Program-made: the position numbers and the translations under genes
Part shown: positions 12,901 through 24,796 of the stretch, one piece after another
How positions within the stretch are numbered: the first letter of the stretch is position 1
Layout of the letters: each line of letters starts with the position of its first letter
DNA from: Azolla caroliniana
Taxonomy: Eukaryota; Plantae; Polypodiophyta
DNA: 64,000 nucleotides
NCBI GenBank assembly: GCA_043228905.1
Contig: JBHGNT010000009.1
Location: forward strand, 16,244,001 to 16,308,000
Reading direction: 5' to 3'
Notes under the pieces: generated by a model
What the model was told of the DNA's origin: nothing
What the model saw: the letters and a program-made list of their open reading frames with translations, nothing else
Databases searched by the model: none

Positions 12901-15900
12901 ATATCATATGAGGACGCTATGAGCTATTTGATTCATGTGGGTGGTCTTGTTTGCCCTTGCATGACTTCTACCACAACTTTACATTTTCCTTCATGTCTCT
13001 TGGCCTGAATTTCAAAAGTTAGATTTTAGTAGGTCATATCATATGAGGACACTATGAGCTTTTTGATTCATGTGGGCGTTCTTGTTTGCCCTTGCCTGAC
13101 TTCTACCACAACTTTATTTTTTCCTTTATGTCTCTTCTCTTGAATTTCAAAAGTTTGATTTTATTAGGTCATTTCATAGCCTACATTGTTGGCTTTGATT
13201 CAACTATTTGAACGCGAAAATCCGATATCATATGAGGACGCTATGAGCTTTTTGATTCATGTGGGCGCTCTTGTTTGCCCCTGCATGACTTCTGCCACAA
13301 CTTTACATTTTCCTTCATGTATGCCTTCTTCTCGGACGAGTATCCTACAAGGATACATTTCTCTGACTTCGCGTCGGGCTTCTGTCGGTTTTCGTTCGGG
13401 ATGCGTACATTTGTAATGCTTCCGAACATCTTGAGGTGTGACAGGATTGGCTTCCGTCCGACAAGGAGCTCATATGGAGTTAGTTCATGTACTCCAATAG
13501 TGGTGCATCGATTCATTAGATAGACGGCCGTGGATGCCACTTCGACCCAATAGAAGTTCGGCAGGTGCTTCTCATGCATCATGGCGCATGCTACGGTATA
13601 TGCCCATTCTTCCTTTCGGCTACTCCATTTTGTTGGGGTGTGTGTTTCGACACGATAATTCTCTCTGGATGCCTTCACCTTGGAGGTAGGAGATGAATTT
13701 GTCGAAGAAGTACTCATTGCCTCCATCCGATCGTAGTCATCTAATGTGCCAACCGGTTTCTTTTTCGACTTAGCTCTTGAGCTTTTGAAAGTGGGAGAGC
13801 ACTTCGCTCTTCTTCTTCATCGGGAAGATCCACGTGTAGCGGGAGTACTCGTCGATAAAGGTGATGTAATATCGGCATCTGCCGATCGTCGGTGTTTGAG
13901 TCGGTCCCCATACATCCGAATGTATGACGTTGAGGAGGCTTTTGCTCACGTAGCTCTCCTTCGGAAATGGGAGTCGATGTTGTTTGCCGAGTTGGCATGC
14001 TTCGCACACTTGGTCAACTCGTATCGACTCGAAGGTCGGAAGTCCGATGATGACTCCCTTTGATTGCATAGCTCAGAGCCGTTGGAGGTTTATATGGCTG
14101 ATTCGCTTTTGCCACAACTCAATGTTCGTCTCGGTTTTGAGACCTTTGGCATACATGGCCGATTTCATGTCCTTCAAATTGAGAATGAACATTCGACCGT
14201 CTCTCCGTCCCCTAGCTATGAGTCAGCCATTTTTTTCTATGAAGCATCCTTCGTTGTTGAAACGAACTTGTATGCCTTGCTCCATGATTTGGCCGACCGA
14301 GACCAAGTTCTTTGTTATTATGGGCACGTGCAAGTCATTCTTGATGCAATTGTTTTGATCGTCGTTGCCAATGTGCCGAATGGGATGTGTGGTGTTGTCT
14401 CCCGTCTCTATGAAGCCGGGTCGATTGGGTGTGTGCAAATCATTGAACCACTCTTCGTGGAATGTCATGTGATGTGAGGCGTCGGAATTGACAAACCACA
14501 TGTCTTCCGTGTTGGAGGTGCTTGTGGAGTTGGAGGCCATCATAGAGTTCGCTCTATGTCTCATCACGAATAGCACACCATAGTCGTCGTATTCGGAGTT
14601 GGTGACGTAATTTGTGAGTTGTCAACTTGTCGAAGCCGACTCGCTTCTTCTTTTTGGGCACTCCTCACGATGGCCGATTTTGCCACAATAGTTGCAAGTA
14701 ATGGGCCACGTTTGCCGACCTTATTCGGCATGGAAGCTCCCCCTAGTTCTGAAGGTTCCTCGATGGCTTCCATCTTGTTGTCGAAGGTTTAAGTTCCCTT
14801 CATTCAATGGGTCAAATCGACCTCTTCTACTGTCTTGACCTTGTCCTCAACCACCATCCGAATTCGAGAAGAACATTTGTCCTTCCGACGTCTTGGTCTT
14901 GGTTCAGACATGGTTCTCTTCAACCAATAGCATTGATTGAAGGTTGAAGAATGAATGAGGGTTTTCTCTTGCCAAGATTGTCATCCTTAATGAGTCGAAT
15001 CGTTGTGTGAGGCCGCCCAAGCATACTTGAATCATCTCTCATCAACGTTTATGTTGATGGAGCCAAACGAGTCGCAAATGCTCTTGACCTTGTCGGTGTA
15101 GTCCAACACAAGCATATCTTTTTGCCGAATGTTGTTCAACTCTTGACGGAGTTGAAAATTTTGGGTGGTCGTGCTGGCGGCGAACATCTTCTTCAAGTTC
15201 TCCCACGCGTGTTTAGGCGTCTTGGCGTCTCGAATGTGGCTAAGCATGTGGTTGTGGACACATGTTGCCAAGCAATACATGACTCAACTCGCCGCTTGCT
15301 CCCATGTTGAGTAGTCGGTGTTCTTTGGGTCGGGTCGATTTTCTTGTGCGTTGTTGATGTAGCTCTAATACCCTTGGCCGACTAGGTATTGGTTCATCTT
15401 GTACTCACAAGATGAATAATTGCATCGATCTAGCTTTTCACTAGGGAGCGAGCTACCCATTTGTGTGTTCATGTTGTTGTAATGTCTTCCCTTTTGTCTT
15501 TTCTTCCTTTGGTCACGTATACGGAGTCTCGAACACAATCACAGAGTCGGGTGGGCTTAGTGGTTTTACAAAACCACACGCTCTTATACCATGTTAAGAA
15601 TTAGGTAATTAAACAAGGGTTAATTAGTACCTAATTATGTGATTAAGTTAAGCAGAAGATTAAGTGATATGTGTGTGAGAGGAAGAGAGAGAGGAAGTTA
15701 ACACTTATGAACAAACGAGACAAGATGGGGGATGATTAACTATATTAAAAAGCATCATCAAATACCCACAACGAGGTATATATACATCTCATGTGCAAAG
15801 GTGCACATGTGTGAGTAGAATATAGCTACAAAGGTGTAAGTTCTATATTAAATGAACATGGGAGTGGAGGATCTACAATGTATCCCACTCAAGTACAAAA

Positions 15901-16010
15901 TCCTATTTAAGGTTTTAAGGTCAACACACTAGCTAGATTCTATCTAAGTAACTACTAAGTTATGTATGTTGACTAAATGACTAAACTACGTTGAGCTTGA
16001 TATCTCAATA
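9949..16010 (-). mobile_element. 3'-truncated Ty1/Copia element (5' LTR, PBS, gag, protease, integrase, start of RT) inserted in the PLE
   Basis: LTR 15592-16010. tRNA-iMet PBS (GCTCTTATACCA on plus, 15580-15591). Motifs AWENLKK, WFVNSDASHHMT, CEACQLGKQ, HSDVWGP, KCILVGY. The RT body, RNase H and 3' LTR are missing. Confidence 0.9.
10541..13320. repeat. 189-bp satellite array: about 10.7 monomers in one orientation, then about 4 inverted
   Basis: AATAGTTGAATC recurs near 10553, 10743, 10931, 11120, 11309, 11501, 11690, 11879, 12068, 12257 and 12446. Reverse-complement monomers run from about 12562 to 13320. Confidence 0.97.
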
Positions 16011-16280
16011 GGTATATATGAGATTAGTTTTTGATGGGGAAAAGTGGGGGGTGATTATACTACGTAAGGCTTGGAGTCCTAACTTAGGGGGGATACTGGG
16101 ATAGAGAGATTCAACGTCAAACGTGAATAAGAAAATATTAGTTGATTGGATTAGTGTGTGGGAGTCTTTTAGATATTTTGGTCGGAGAAGGAGGATTGGT
16201 AGAAGGTGGTAGTGTAACCACTTCAATGTTTGTTCAAATAATGAGTTGTTATATGAACAAATTCGTAATATTTGAGAATA
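16011..16280 (-). mobile_element. Penelope-like retroelement, 5'-truncated upstream part (RT motif A)
   Basis: KWLHYHLLPILLLRPKYLKDS and FTFDVESLYPSIP (PLE-type DVxSLYxxIP). It joins in frame to 9948 as NLIYT-LSALVLEY when the Copia insertion is removed. Confidence 0.85.
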
Positions 16281-16319
16281 CAAAATGACCCCAAGAATAT
16301 TAGAGAACCATTAGTGTAT

Positions 16320-17568
16320 TTATTTATTATTTATTATTTAAAAAACAAATATTTTTACATCTATTATAAAAATATTATTACTCCCCTTTTTAATGTCAGT
16401 CTTAAAAATATCAAATTTTGTGGGAGAGTAAAAAATTGGGGATAAATGAACCTTTTATTTATTATTTATTAAAAATAAATTATAAAACAAATACTTTTAA
16501 GTTTTACATCTATTATAAAAATATTATTAGTGTGAGGTTTCATTTTTAATGTCAAATAAAAATATCAAATTTGTGGGAGAGTAAAAAGTGGGGAATCAAT
16601 GAACCTTTTATTTTATTTTATTTTAAAAATAAAACAAATACTCTTAAGTTTTACATCTATTATAAAAATATTATTAGTCCAAGTCTTCTTTTTAATGTGA
16701 AGTAAAAATATCCCCTTTTTATTGTCAATGTCCTATTTATTATAACTAATATGATATATTTAAGAAACTAAAAAGTAGAGACTTTATGAACTTATTTTTG
16801 TTTTTAACGAATAATTTCATGCATTCATATGCGTATTCTTATACATTCATTTGGTAACCCCCGTGAATGCAAATATATCAATCTATGTATATATACATAG
16901 AATGAACCATACGTGCATTCACGTTCGAGAATGATTCAATCAAACGTGTATTGTAAATGATCTTAAAGTTGGAAAAAAAAAAGATGACTATGGTCTATAT
17001 TATATATTGATTAAATCAAATGCCAACACAATTGAATGTTCCAAACTTAGGAATTACTTAACTACTAAACATTAGAAAGCACAAACATAAAAATCAAATA
17101 GTTCAAAGACATAATTGTATTGATGATGAGCTCATCTTGCAATTATCAATGTTCTCATCTCGCAACTAGTGAAGTTATCAATTTCTTCACTTTAGTACTT
17201 TACAAAAAAGAGAGTATGAACTATAGAGAATGAATCAAAATATGTCATTATAAATTATAATCAAACGTTCAAAAACTCATAAAATGTATATTCGAGAATA
17301 TAAAGAAAACATGACACTAATATGATTTACTATGACATGCACTAATGAGAGAGAGAGAGAGAGAGAGGTGAGAAATTTGGGATTCAAACCCAAGACAAAG
17401 GCAATAGTAGCATAACAACTTACCAATAAGGTGAGCTAATTTCTAATAACAAGAAAAGAATAAGAAGAAAAAAAAGGAATACGCATTTTTCCGTTTTCAA
17501 ACGTGTTTGTTTCCAAACGTTTGTATGCTTGCATGGACATGTTTATTACGTTCTATGTATACATATAC

Positions 17569-17635
<67 letters not shown>

Positions 17636-17641
17636 CATACA

Positions 17642-17677
<36 letters not shown>

Positions 17678-18050
17678 TATACATATATATATGCATGCTT
17701 GTGATTTCTCGAATCTATGAGAATGCTACATACATAGATTGACATATTCGCATTCGTGTGGGCTCCTAAATGAATGCATGAAAAGCATTTGTTAAAAAAT
17801 AAAGGAGTTCATAAACTCCCTCATTTTTAGTTTCTTGGATATAAAAAAGGGGACTCCACAATAAAAAGGGGACAATAAAAAAGGGACTTGACATTAAGAA
17901 ATTTTTATAATAAATGTAAAAGTATTAGTTTTATTTTTTGTAAATAAAAAAATAAAAATAAAGGTTCACTAATTCCCCACATTTTATTCTCCCAAATTTT
18001 ATGGATATTTTTATCCAACATTAAAAATGGGACTTCACACTAAACTATTC
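16320..18050. mobile_element. AT-rich foldback-like element with long diverged inverted arms and internal ~148-bp tandem units
   Basis: TTTACATCTATTATAAAAATATTATTA near 16354, 16503 and 16650. About 16540-16900 is the approximate reverse complement of about 17730-18045 (AATGAACCTTT / AAAGGTTCACT, TTCATGCATTCAT / ATGAATGCATGAA). No TSD found. Confidence 0.55.
17556..17692. repeat. Compound microsatellite (ATATAC)n-(ATAC)n-(AT)n
   Basis: Read directly from the sequence. Confidence 0.97.
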
Positions 18051-18055
18051 CTATT

Positions 18056-20759
18056 GTGGGATCGCATGGTAAAACCACAGGCCAAAACCCCTCACCTAAC
18101 CCAAGTAGCTATAACCAGGGTTAGGGGAGTTCGACCATGGTTTAGTTAGTTACACCATAATTAGTAAAAGGTTAGTTAGAGGTAAGTAACTAGAAGTGTG
18201 CCAAGATAAGTGAATGTATCTTGGAATGTACTACCAAACTATAGAAAAGGATTTAGATGGAATGTTATATGGTCCTGGTCATGTTTGAACTTGAGACCTC
18301 GAGAACAACTGCATTAAACATTTGAGCTAACCAAATTGGTTACTCGTGTTGAATGTTGAATGTTTTATGCGTATAAGAGATATACGAGGCATTTGCCCAT
18401 ATATGTTTTTTTAAAAAGAAACATATATGTCAAGAGTCCTTATTTCCCTCTCATTTACCACAAACTATGTTTGTACGTTACCCAACCTCAAGTCTCATAA
18501 TTATGATGGCATACGCCAAAGTGCAACCTAATGGTCAAGCCAAATGAGCCCGCCCTCTTTTCGTAGTAGGCCCACGTGGCCCATCACATGGTTACGTCAT
18601 TACAAATGCCTTTTGTAAGAATGGTCTCATGGTGGCATCGTATCCCTATAATGTGGGAGGGATGTTGGATATGTGTGTCATAGGAGCGACCTCACATGAT
18701 GTGGGTCAAGCCCTACATTCTCAACATCATTGTGGCTATGATAATTTCATTATGTAACGAAAATGAAGTGACCAACGAGGATGTCAACAAAAAAATTGTT
18801 GAAAAAAAGATGGTAACTACGCCATTCTCACAAAAATGTGAGGACGACCACCAAGATCCTTTCCCCTAATATACACATACAATATAGCAATCATGTAATA
18901 ACTAATATACACATATGTATATTTATCACATATATATGATCAAATACGTATACACATGACCATATATGCATATATTTAAAAAAAATTAGTAATATCAAAT
19001 AGCCAACAATGATGTAATCGAGATAGGTAATCGAGGCATATGGGAGGCATATAGCCTCTACGCACATGAAACATCAAAAAAGAAGGGTTAATCGTAATAC
19101 ACAATTGAGGTATTGACCTCTTACGCATACGACACCAAACACATATCATTTACTTAGAAATCGAGGTATTAACTGTTGGGAGACAGGTTCCTCCGGTTGG
19201 GAAGGGAGAAGAACGGTGCTGATGAACAAACTCGGCTGAGGCCGAAACCGTATGAGGAGGACCCGGCTACGGAGAGCCGGATGGTGCAGACCCGGTATGA
19301 ACCGGATGAGGAGTACCCGGCTACGGAGAGCCGGATGGTGCAGACCCGATATGAACCGGATAAGGAGTACCCGGCTACGGAGAGCCGGATGGTGCAGACC
19401 CGGTATGAACCGGATGAGGAGTACCCGGCTACGGAGAGCCGGATGGTACAGACCCGGCGAGAACCGGATGAAGAGACATATTAGTAAATATGTTTCTTAG
19501 AGTCCATTGAGGCTACATTTGTAAATAGCCGAAAAGTCATATTAGTATAAATATGACTTAGGGCAAACTTTTAGTTCTGTTGTAGTTGTCATTCTTGTTG
19601 GTGCAAGAATAGAGTGTGTGCGTAACTGTACAAAGAGAGAGAGAGAGAGAGAAAGAGGTCGTTGCCTTTGTTGTAACTGCCGCTTGTGGCGAAGATCTGT
19701 GAGCACGAGGTCGGTGCCTCAGTGAACTCATTGTTGTACATTCCATCATAGTGATAGTTTGCAGCCTGTGGGCTGCCGTGGTTTTTCCCCTAGTTTGGGG
19801 TTTTCCACGTAAACCTCATGTGTACCTCGTCTCTTCTTTGTGTCGCGTTTTATTTCCCGTTTTCTGTGTATCATTCTAAGCTCGGTTGTGGCCGAGCGTT
19901 GCGCATAAGGAGCGTTCAGTTCCCGTCATTAACCTCATACACATACGTAACATATGTATGTGAACGTAATACGCAATTGAGGTATTAACCTCGTACACAT
20001 ACGTCACGAAACACATATTAAATATATGTCAAATGAGGTATTGATCTCATACACATATGAATACGTTTTATACAACCAATCCGTTACCACTACAACATCA
20101 TTGAATCAATAAAGGAAAGCATATTGACTATACATAATTAGATTGGGAGAAGAAAGAATAGAAAAGAAAAACAAGAAAGAGTTACCAAAATTCCTTTGTT
20201 GATTGCTATCTGGATCAAGGTCGACCGCACGTCGATTGATCACCATCCATCAAGAATACAACAAAAACCAACAAAAGAAACATTAGAAACATGAGCTCCG
20301 ATACCAACTGTTAGAGTGATGATCTAATGTAAGCGTATGATAAGGATATAATATATATGAAATAAGAACGGAGAGAGAGAAAGAAGGGTGCTTATCCACC
20401 CAACCACGCCCGGGCGAAGGGATTGAGACGGACTTGAGCCTCGATTGGCGTCCCATACCACCACGGTGGCGTTGAGTCGTACCTGGTGTTGGTGCGCTCG
20501 CTACAAGAGTTGACCCAACACGAAACAGAGTCTCGACATAGTCAAGAGATGATCAAATGAGGGTAGCTAGGCCTCATATTTATAGTGAGACCCAAGGCGC
20601 CCAGGCAAGTTCACACTTGGCATAATGGGTTGTCTCAATCCCGGTGATTAAAAATAATCCTCCCCTTCTCTATACTCTCATGTAACCCTCACACTTATCC
20701 ACGTGTATATACTACGGTAAATTCTCACCACGGGATACTATATGGTCATGCCCATAACA
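18056..20759 (-). mobile_element. Truncated LTR element: 5' LTR (20309-20759), tRNA-iMet PBS and a non-coding internal region with ~70-bp repeats
   Basis: TGTTA...TAACA termini. GCTCCGATACCA at 20295-20306. GAGGTATT(G/A)ACCTC repeats at 19105-19170 and 19930-20050. The left boundary is uncertain. Confidence 0.6.
19174..19928 (+). mobile_element. Solo LTR with 5-bp TSD TTAAC, containing four 54-bp tandem repeats
   Basis: TTAAC|TGTTGGG...CCCGTCA|TTAAC. The unit CCGGTATGAACCGGATGAGGAGTACCCGGCTACGGAGAGCCGGATGGTGCAGA repeats over about 19248-19472. Confidence 0.9.
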
Positions 20760-23522
20760 AGAATTCCTTGAAGACGGATAACACCTAGTCCTTCATCTTT
20801 AGTGGTGAGACCCATAACTTCCGGTTGTGGTCGTCTATGAACGTCACGAAGTACTGCGACCCAGCATTTGACTTCTTGTCCACTTGGCATACATCGCTAT
20901 GCACAAGTTCCAGTTGTGCATTCCGTCTCATCGGTGGTCTTGTCCGAAAGGAGGTTCGTTTTTGCTTGCTGGACAAATAGTCGGTGCACTTCTCAAGCTG
21001 CATGTTGTTGTGAAAATCTATCACTATGTGCGGATCATGGGCTGGAACCGCCGGGGTTATGGATGGGAAGGAAATAGGGCTCACACGCACAACACAAGGA
21101 AGGCTTAAACAAACAAGGCACGAGTATTCGAATGTGTTTGTGAAAAGGAGAGGTGCTTGGGCAAGCCCGAATCAACCCCTAGTCACAAGGCGAACGAATG
21201 CATGTGAGGAAGGCTTACACACAGACACACAAGGAAAAGGCTTACTTACACACATGAGAGAGAAAGTTTCGAATGCCTTTGTGAAAAGAGAGGTGCATGG
21301 GCAAGCCCGACCGCTCCCTTGTTACAAGACACACGAACACACAAGCAAAGTTTACACATGGGACACGATTTCGAACTCCTTTGTGAAAGGAGAGGTGCAT
21401 GGGCAAAAGCCCAAATGCTCCCTTGCCACAAGTCGCATGATCACACAATCAAGATTTACACTAACACGCAAGACACGAAAGTTTGAAGCCCTTGGTGAAA
21501 GGAGAGGTGCTTGGGCAAGCCCGAAACGCTCCCTTGTCACAAGGCACACAAACAAATAAGCACAAATGAGAATAACATATAAGATACGTAAGTTTGAATG
21601 CCTTTGTGAAAGGAGAGGTGGATGGGAAAGCCCAAAACGCTCTGGTGTCACAAGACACACAAACAATTAAGCACAAATGACGATAACATTTAAGACACGT
21701 AAGTTTGAATGCCTTCATGAAAGGAGAGGTGCCTGGGCAAGCCCGAAACACTCCCTTGTCACAAGGCAGACAAACAAATAAGCACAAATGACAATAACAT
21801 ATAAGATACGAGGTGAAACCAAACATTGGTTTATTGCAATATAATAGATTCTTTTATAAAATAAGAATCAATTTTACAACGGGTTTGATATGAATATGAG
21901 AGATAATTTGTAAAGGAAGGGGGAAGAGAGGTGGAGGAAAGAAGAGAGTGGAATATAGAAGAAGGTGATTCTTTGTTAATGATGCCTCTCAATGTTGTTG
22001 ATCCTTCTTCTTTGGGTTAGCTTTCTTATGCATCTTTTCTTTTCTAATTTGGACATCTGATGAGGAAATTATGAGCTTTTTTCTCTACTATGCTCCTCAT
22101 ATCCACGCGCGTTTCTCTCTCTCTCTCTCCCCATCTTTTTCTCTACTTTTGTCTACTTTTGAAAACTGCCTCTAACTTAATATTCATCATTATTTATAGT
22201 AAGGGTTCAATCCTTTGACCTTTCATTTATAAGGAATTATCTTTGGAAAATGAAAAAGTATTTTGCTACCAATAAAGTTGACTTCACAATACTCGTTTAG
22301 TTGAACTACTATTTTACTTCTTTTTGAGGGTGGTTTCACACTGTGTTAGAAACATCACGACAATGTCTTTCACCTCCGGAATGAGGTTATTTTCGGGAGG
22401 TTTATGCATCCCTTTCTGGCTCATGTGGCACAACATCTTGTGCCACAACTCATTGGCATTGTCGAATGCCACATTCACTTCTTCCCGGCATATCCGGGCA
22501 TGCAAATGGTTTAGCGTGTTTATCTTCCGGGCTTGGGCCACGATCAAGCTTCCCTTGCAAAACTTCATGATTCCATTCCGGATGTTACCCATGTAGCCTT
22601 CATCATCCAGCTGAGATCATGTTCAACCAAACCTCTGGAATGTGTCGTACATCTTTCAGCAACAACTTGCACCTGGTTGACGTCGTCAATCACACGTCTC
22701 CTATGCTGACAATTCGGCATGCACCGTCATTTCCCATCTGGACAGAACTGTGATCTCCAGCTCTATACGATGAGAAGCACTTTCGGTCAGGTGTCAGATG
22801 GAACGATGCTCCGGAGTCCACCACCCACGTCATGTCGTCGCTGACAAGATGCAACTCATTTTCCTCGGTGATGAGCAACAGTTCTTCTTCACTTGTTGCG
22901 ATCGCCGATGTTCCTCTCCTTTCCGAAATCTTCTTCGATTTTGGAATGTTGGCTCCTCTTCGGTGATTTTCTAGAAGTGTTGGCAGTTCTTCTAGAAGTG
23001 CCCCGACTTTCCGCAATAAAAGCATGTGGGCCTCCCCCTTGCCTTCGACCTCGTCCCCGATTTATCCCAGTTTTGGAGAATCTGATTCCAGCCTCTTCCT
23101 TGGTTATGGTCATCTTCCGTGACCAGGGCCTTCAGATCGGTTCCGAACTCCCGGTCCTTCTGGAGGGCTTCTTCATCCAGCAAGCTTGATTTTACCCTTG
23201 CCAGGGACAACTGCTTTCCTTCCGACCCAACATTGCCCAAAGTGACAACTAGAGTCTCCCAACTATCTGGGAGGGAACCGAGCAGCAGCAACGCAAGTAC
23301 CTCATTGGCTAGGGGTACTTCCAACGAGGTTGTCTGATTTATGAGCCCCTGGAATACATTCATGTGCTCTGCCATGTTGGATCCATCTTGGTACCATAGT
23401 CTCACTAACTTCTGGAATACTGAAACCCGATGTACAATGTTCTTATTCTCTAGCATGGTGCCGATTTTCTCCTAGAGCACATGAGCCTTGCTTTCTTCAT
23501 TGAAGTTCTTGTGCAAGATGAT
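20760..23522 (-). mobile_element. Degenerate Tnt1/Tork-like Copia internal fragment (gag, protease, start of integrase); host of the large nest, continuing at 45972-46097
   Basis: LLLGSLPDSWE, CFYCGKSGHF, WVVDSGASFH, LWHKMLCHMS, LELVHSDVC, YFVTFIDD. The gag N-terminus (MVKDLWLPV...IRCFID) resumes after TSD ATGAT at 45972. Confidence 0.88.
21006..22362. mobile_element. Solo LTR (1357 bp) with 4-bp TSD ATGT and internal ~111-bp tandem repeats
   Basis: ATGT|TGTTGTGA...TCACGACA|ATGT. Removing it restores the host peptide EVKDMQLEKC. Six units contain GAAAGGAGAGGTGC.TGGGCAAGCCC between 21130 and 21810. Confidence 0.8.
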
Positions 23523-24778
23523 TGTAAAGAATAACGTGCGGAAGCAAGTAGAAAACCGAACACAAGAAATGCGCAGGTTTAATGGAGAGCTTGAATATAC
23601 ACAGTACGCGGGAGAGACATAGAGAGAGAGAAGACACACAGAAAATCAATTCAAACTAATACTCAATCTGTACATAGGATGTGCTTAGTGAGCACTTTTA
23701 TACAAGTCCATACGGAATGACAAAAGTACTGACACGTACTTCAATCCTTATAACTGAGCTCTACACTAACTCCCAAAATATATTCCTACGCGGAATATCT
23801 TTCCAACGGCCTCGCGGTTTACGCACCGCTACGGCTTCTCGTTACACACCGGTTTGCGTACCAGTTTACGCACCCGTTTTACGCACCGGTCCCAACCAAT
23901 CCGGTTCTCGGCTTGCACAACCGATCCGGCCAATGTTGAGCTTGTATCTCAACACCCCCCTCAAGCTCAACTTGAGGTTCCATCCGCTCTTCCGGATCTA
24001 CGCTCCGGTTCCTTCTGGCTTCACGCCTTGCTCGCGCTCCTCGACTTGTTCGATTCCGCGCGCCTCGACCCTTCTGGTGTCGTGAAGAAAACCGGCCATG
24101 GGCGGAATTGGAGAAAAAGGTGTGTGAACCGGCTCTTACACGGGTGGACGAGAGAATTGAGATTTTGTACATAACTCGTAATTAGGTCGGCTGATGCAAA
24201 TACTAGGTAGTACACATTTATTAGGGGATTGTGTGTATCTCTGTCGAAAGGGACAGGGAATAGAGCGGTTTGACTAGGGAGAAAGGGGCACCCGCTTTTT
24301 GCGAACTAGGGAAGGAGGCAGAGAAGGAAGAAAAGGGATCACACGTTAGGGAGGAGGAACTGTTGCAAGACCGAGGGCCGAGCTCTCTCTCCTCCTTTGA
24401 TCGTCATTCTTTGTGGGTGCTGGGAGTTCGACGCCTCTGCTTCGTGGGTAGCCCGTGCGCTGCCAGCAAAGGCTCTCCCTTCTACGCTCTCTTTCTTTTG
24501 GGCTGCAGCGTGTTCTGTCTGTGTGTGTGAGTAGGATCCCCGTGTCGGGTCCATCGCCGCCTTGCCGGTTGTAATCGTCAGAGTTCGCAATCTCTTGATA
24601 CTGTAATCGACTGTTACTGTAATTAAGTGTTCTGTTTCCTTATCTTTCCTTCTCCCTTTTGCGTATCTGCAAATCCCTACTCCTCATCTTCTCTCGCTCT
24701 CTCTCTCACGCTCTTCGGTTCAAGGCCCCCGTGGTCCCGCCTCTTTCTACACGCACACGCGTAACAACGCGACATCTT

Positions 24779-24796
24779 TGGTAAACCCGACGTGAA
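24779..24796 (+). promoter_or_regulatory. Primer binding site complementary to the tRNA-Trp 3' end
   Basis: TGGTAAACCCGACGTGAA against the complement of the plant tRNA-Trp 3' end as recalled (TGGTGAACCCGACGTGAA, one mismatch). It lies 4 nt after the LTR end. Confidence 0.75.

Noticed and set aside
10541-13320. Satellite as a repeat-protein gene (189 bp = 63 codons) or a retrozyme
   Set aside because: The ORF track shows no ORF spanning successive monomers, and I found no CUGANGA/GAAA hammerhead core in the monomer.
17497-17745. ORFs with YM/HI/TY dipeptide runs
   Set aside because: They are translations of the microsatellite.
18270-18335. tRNA- or SINE-like segment on the minus strand (similar at 17378-17420)
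   Set aside because: Only a B-box-like motif is visible; there is no cloverleaf, tail or TSD.
19176-19500. Repeat protein (YEPDEEYPATESRMVQTR)n
   Set aside because: It lies inside a solo LTR and is a by-product of a 54-bp repeat.
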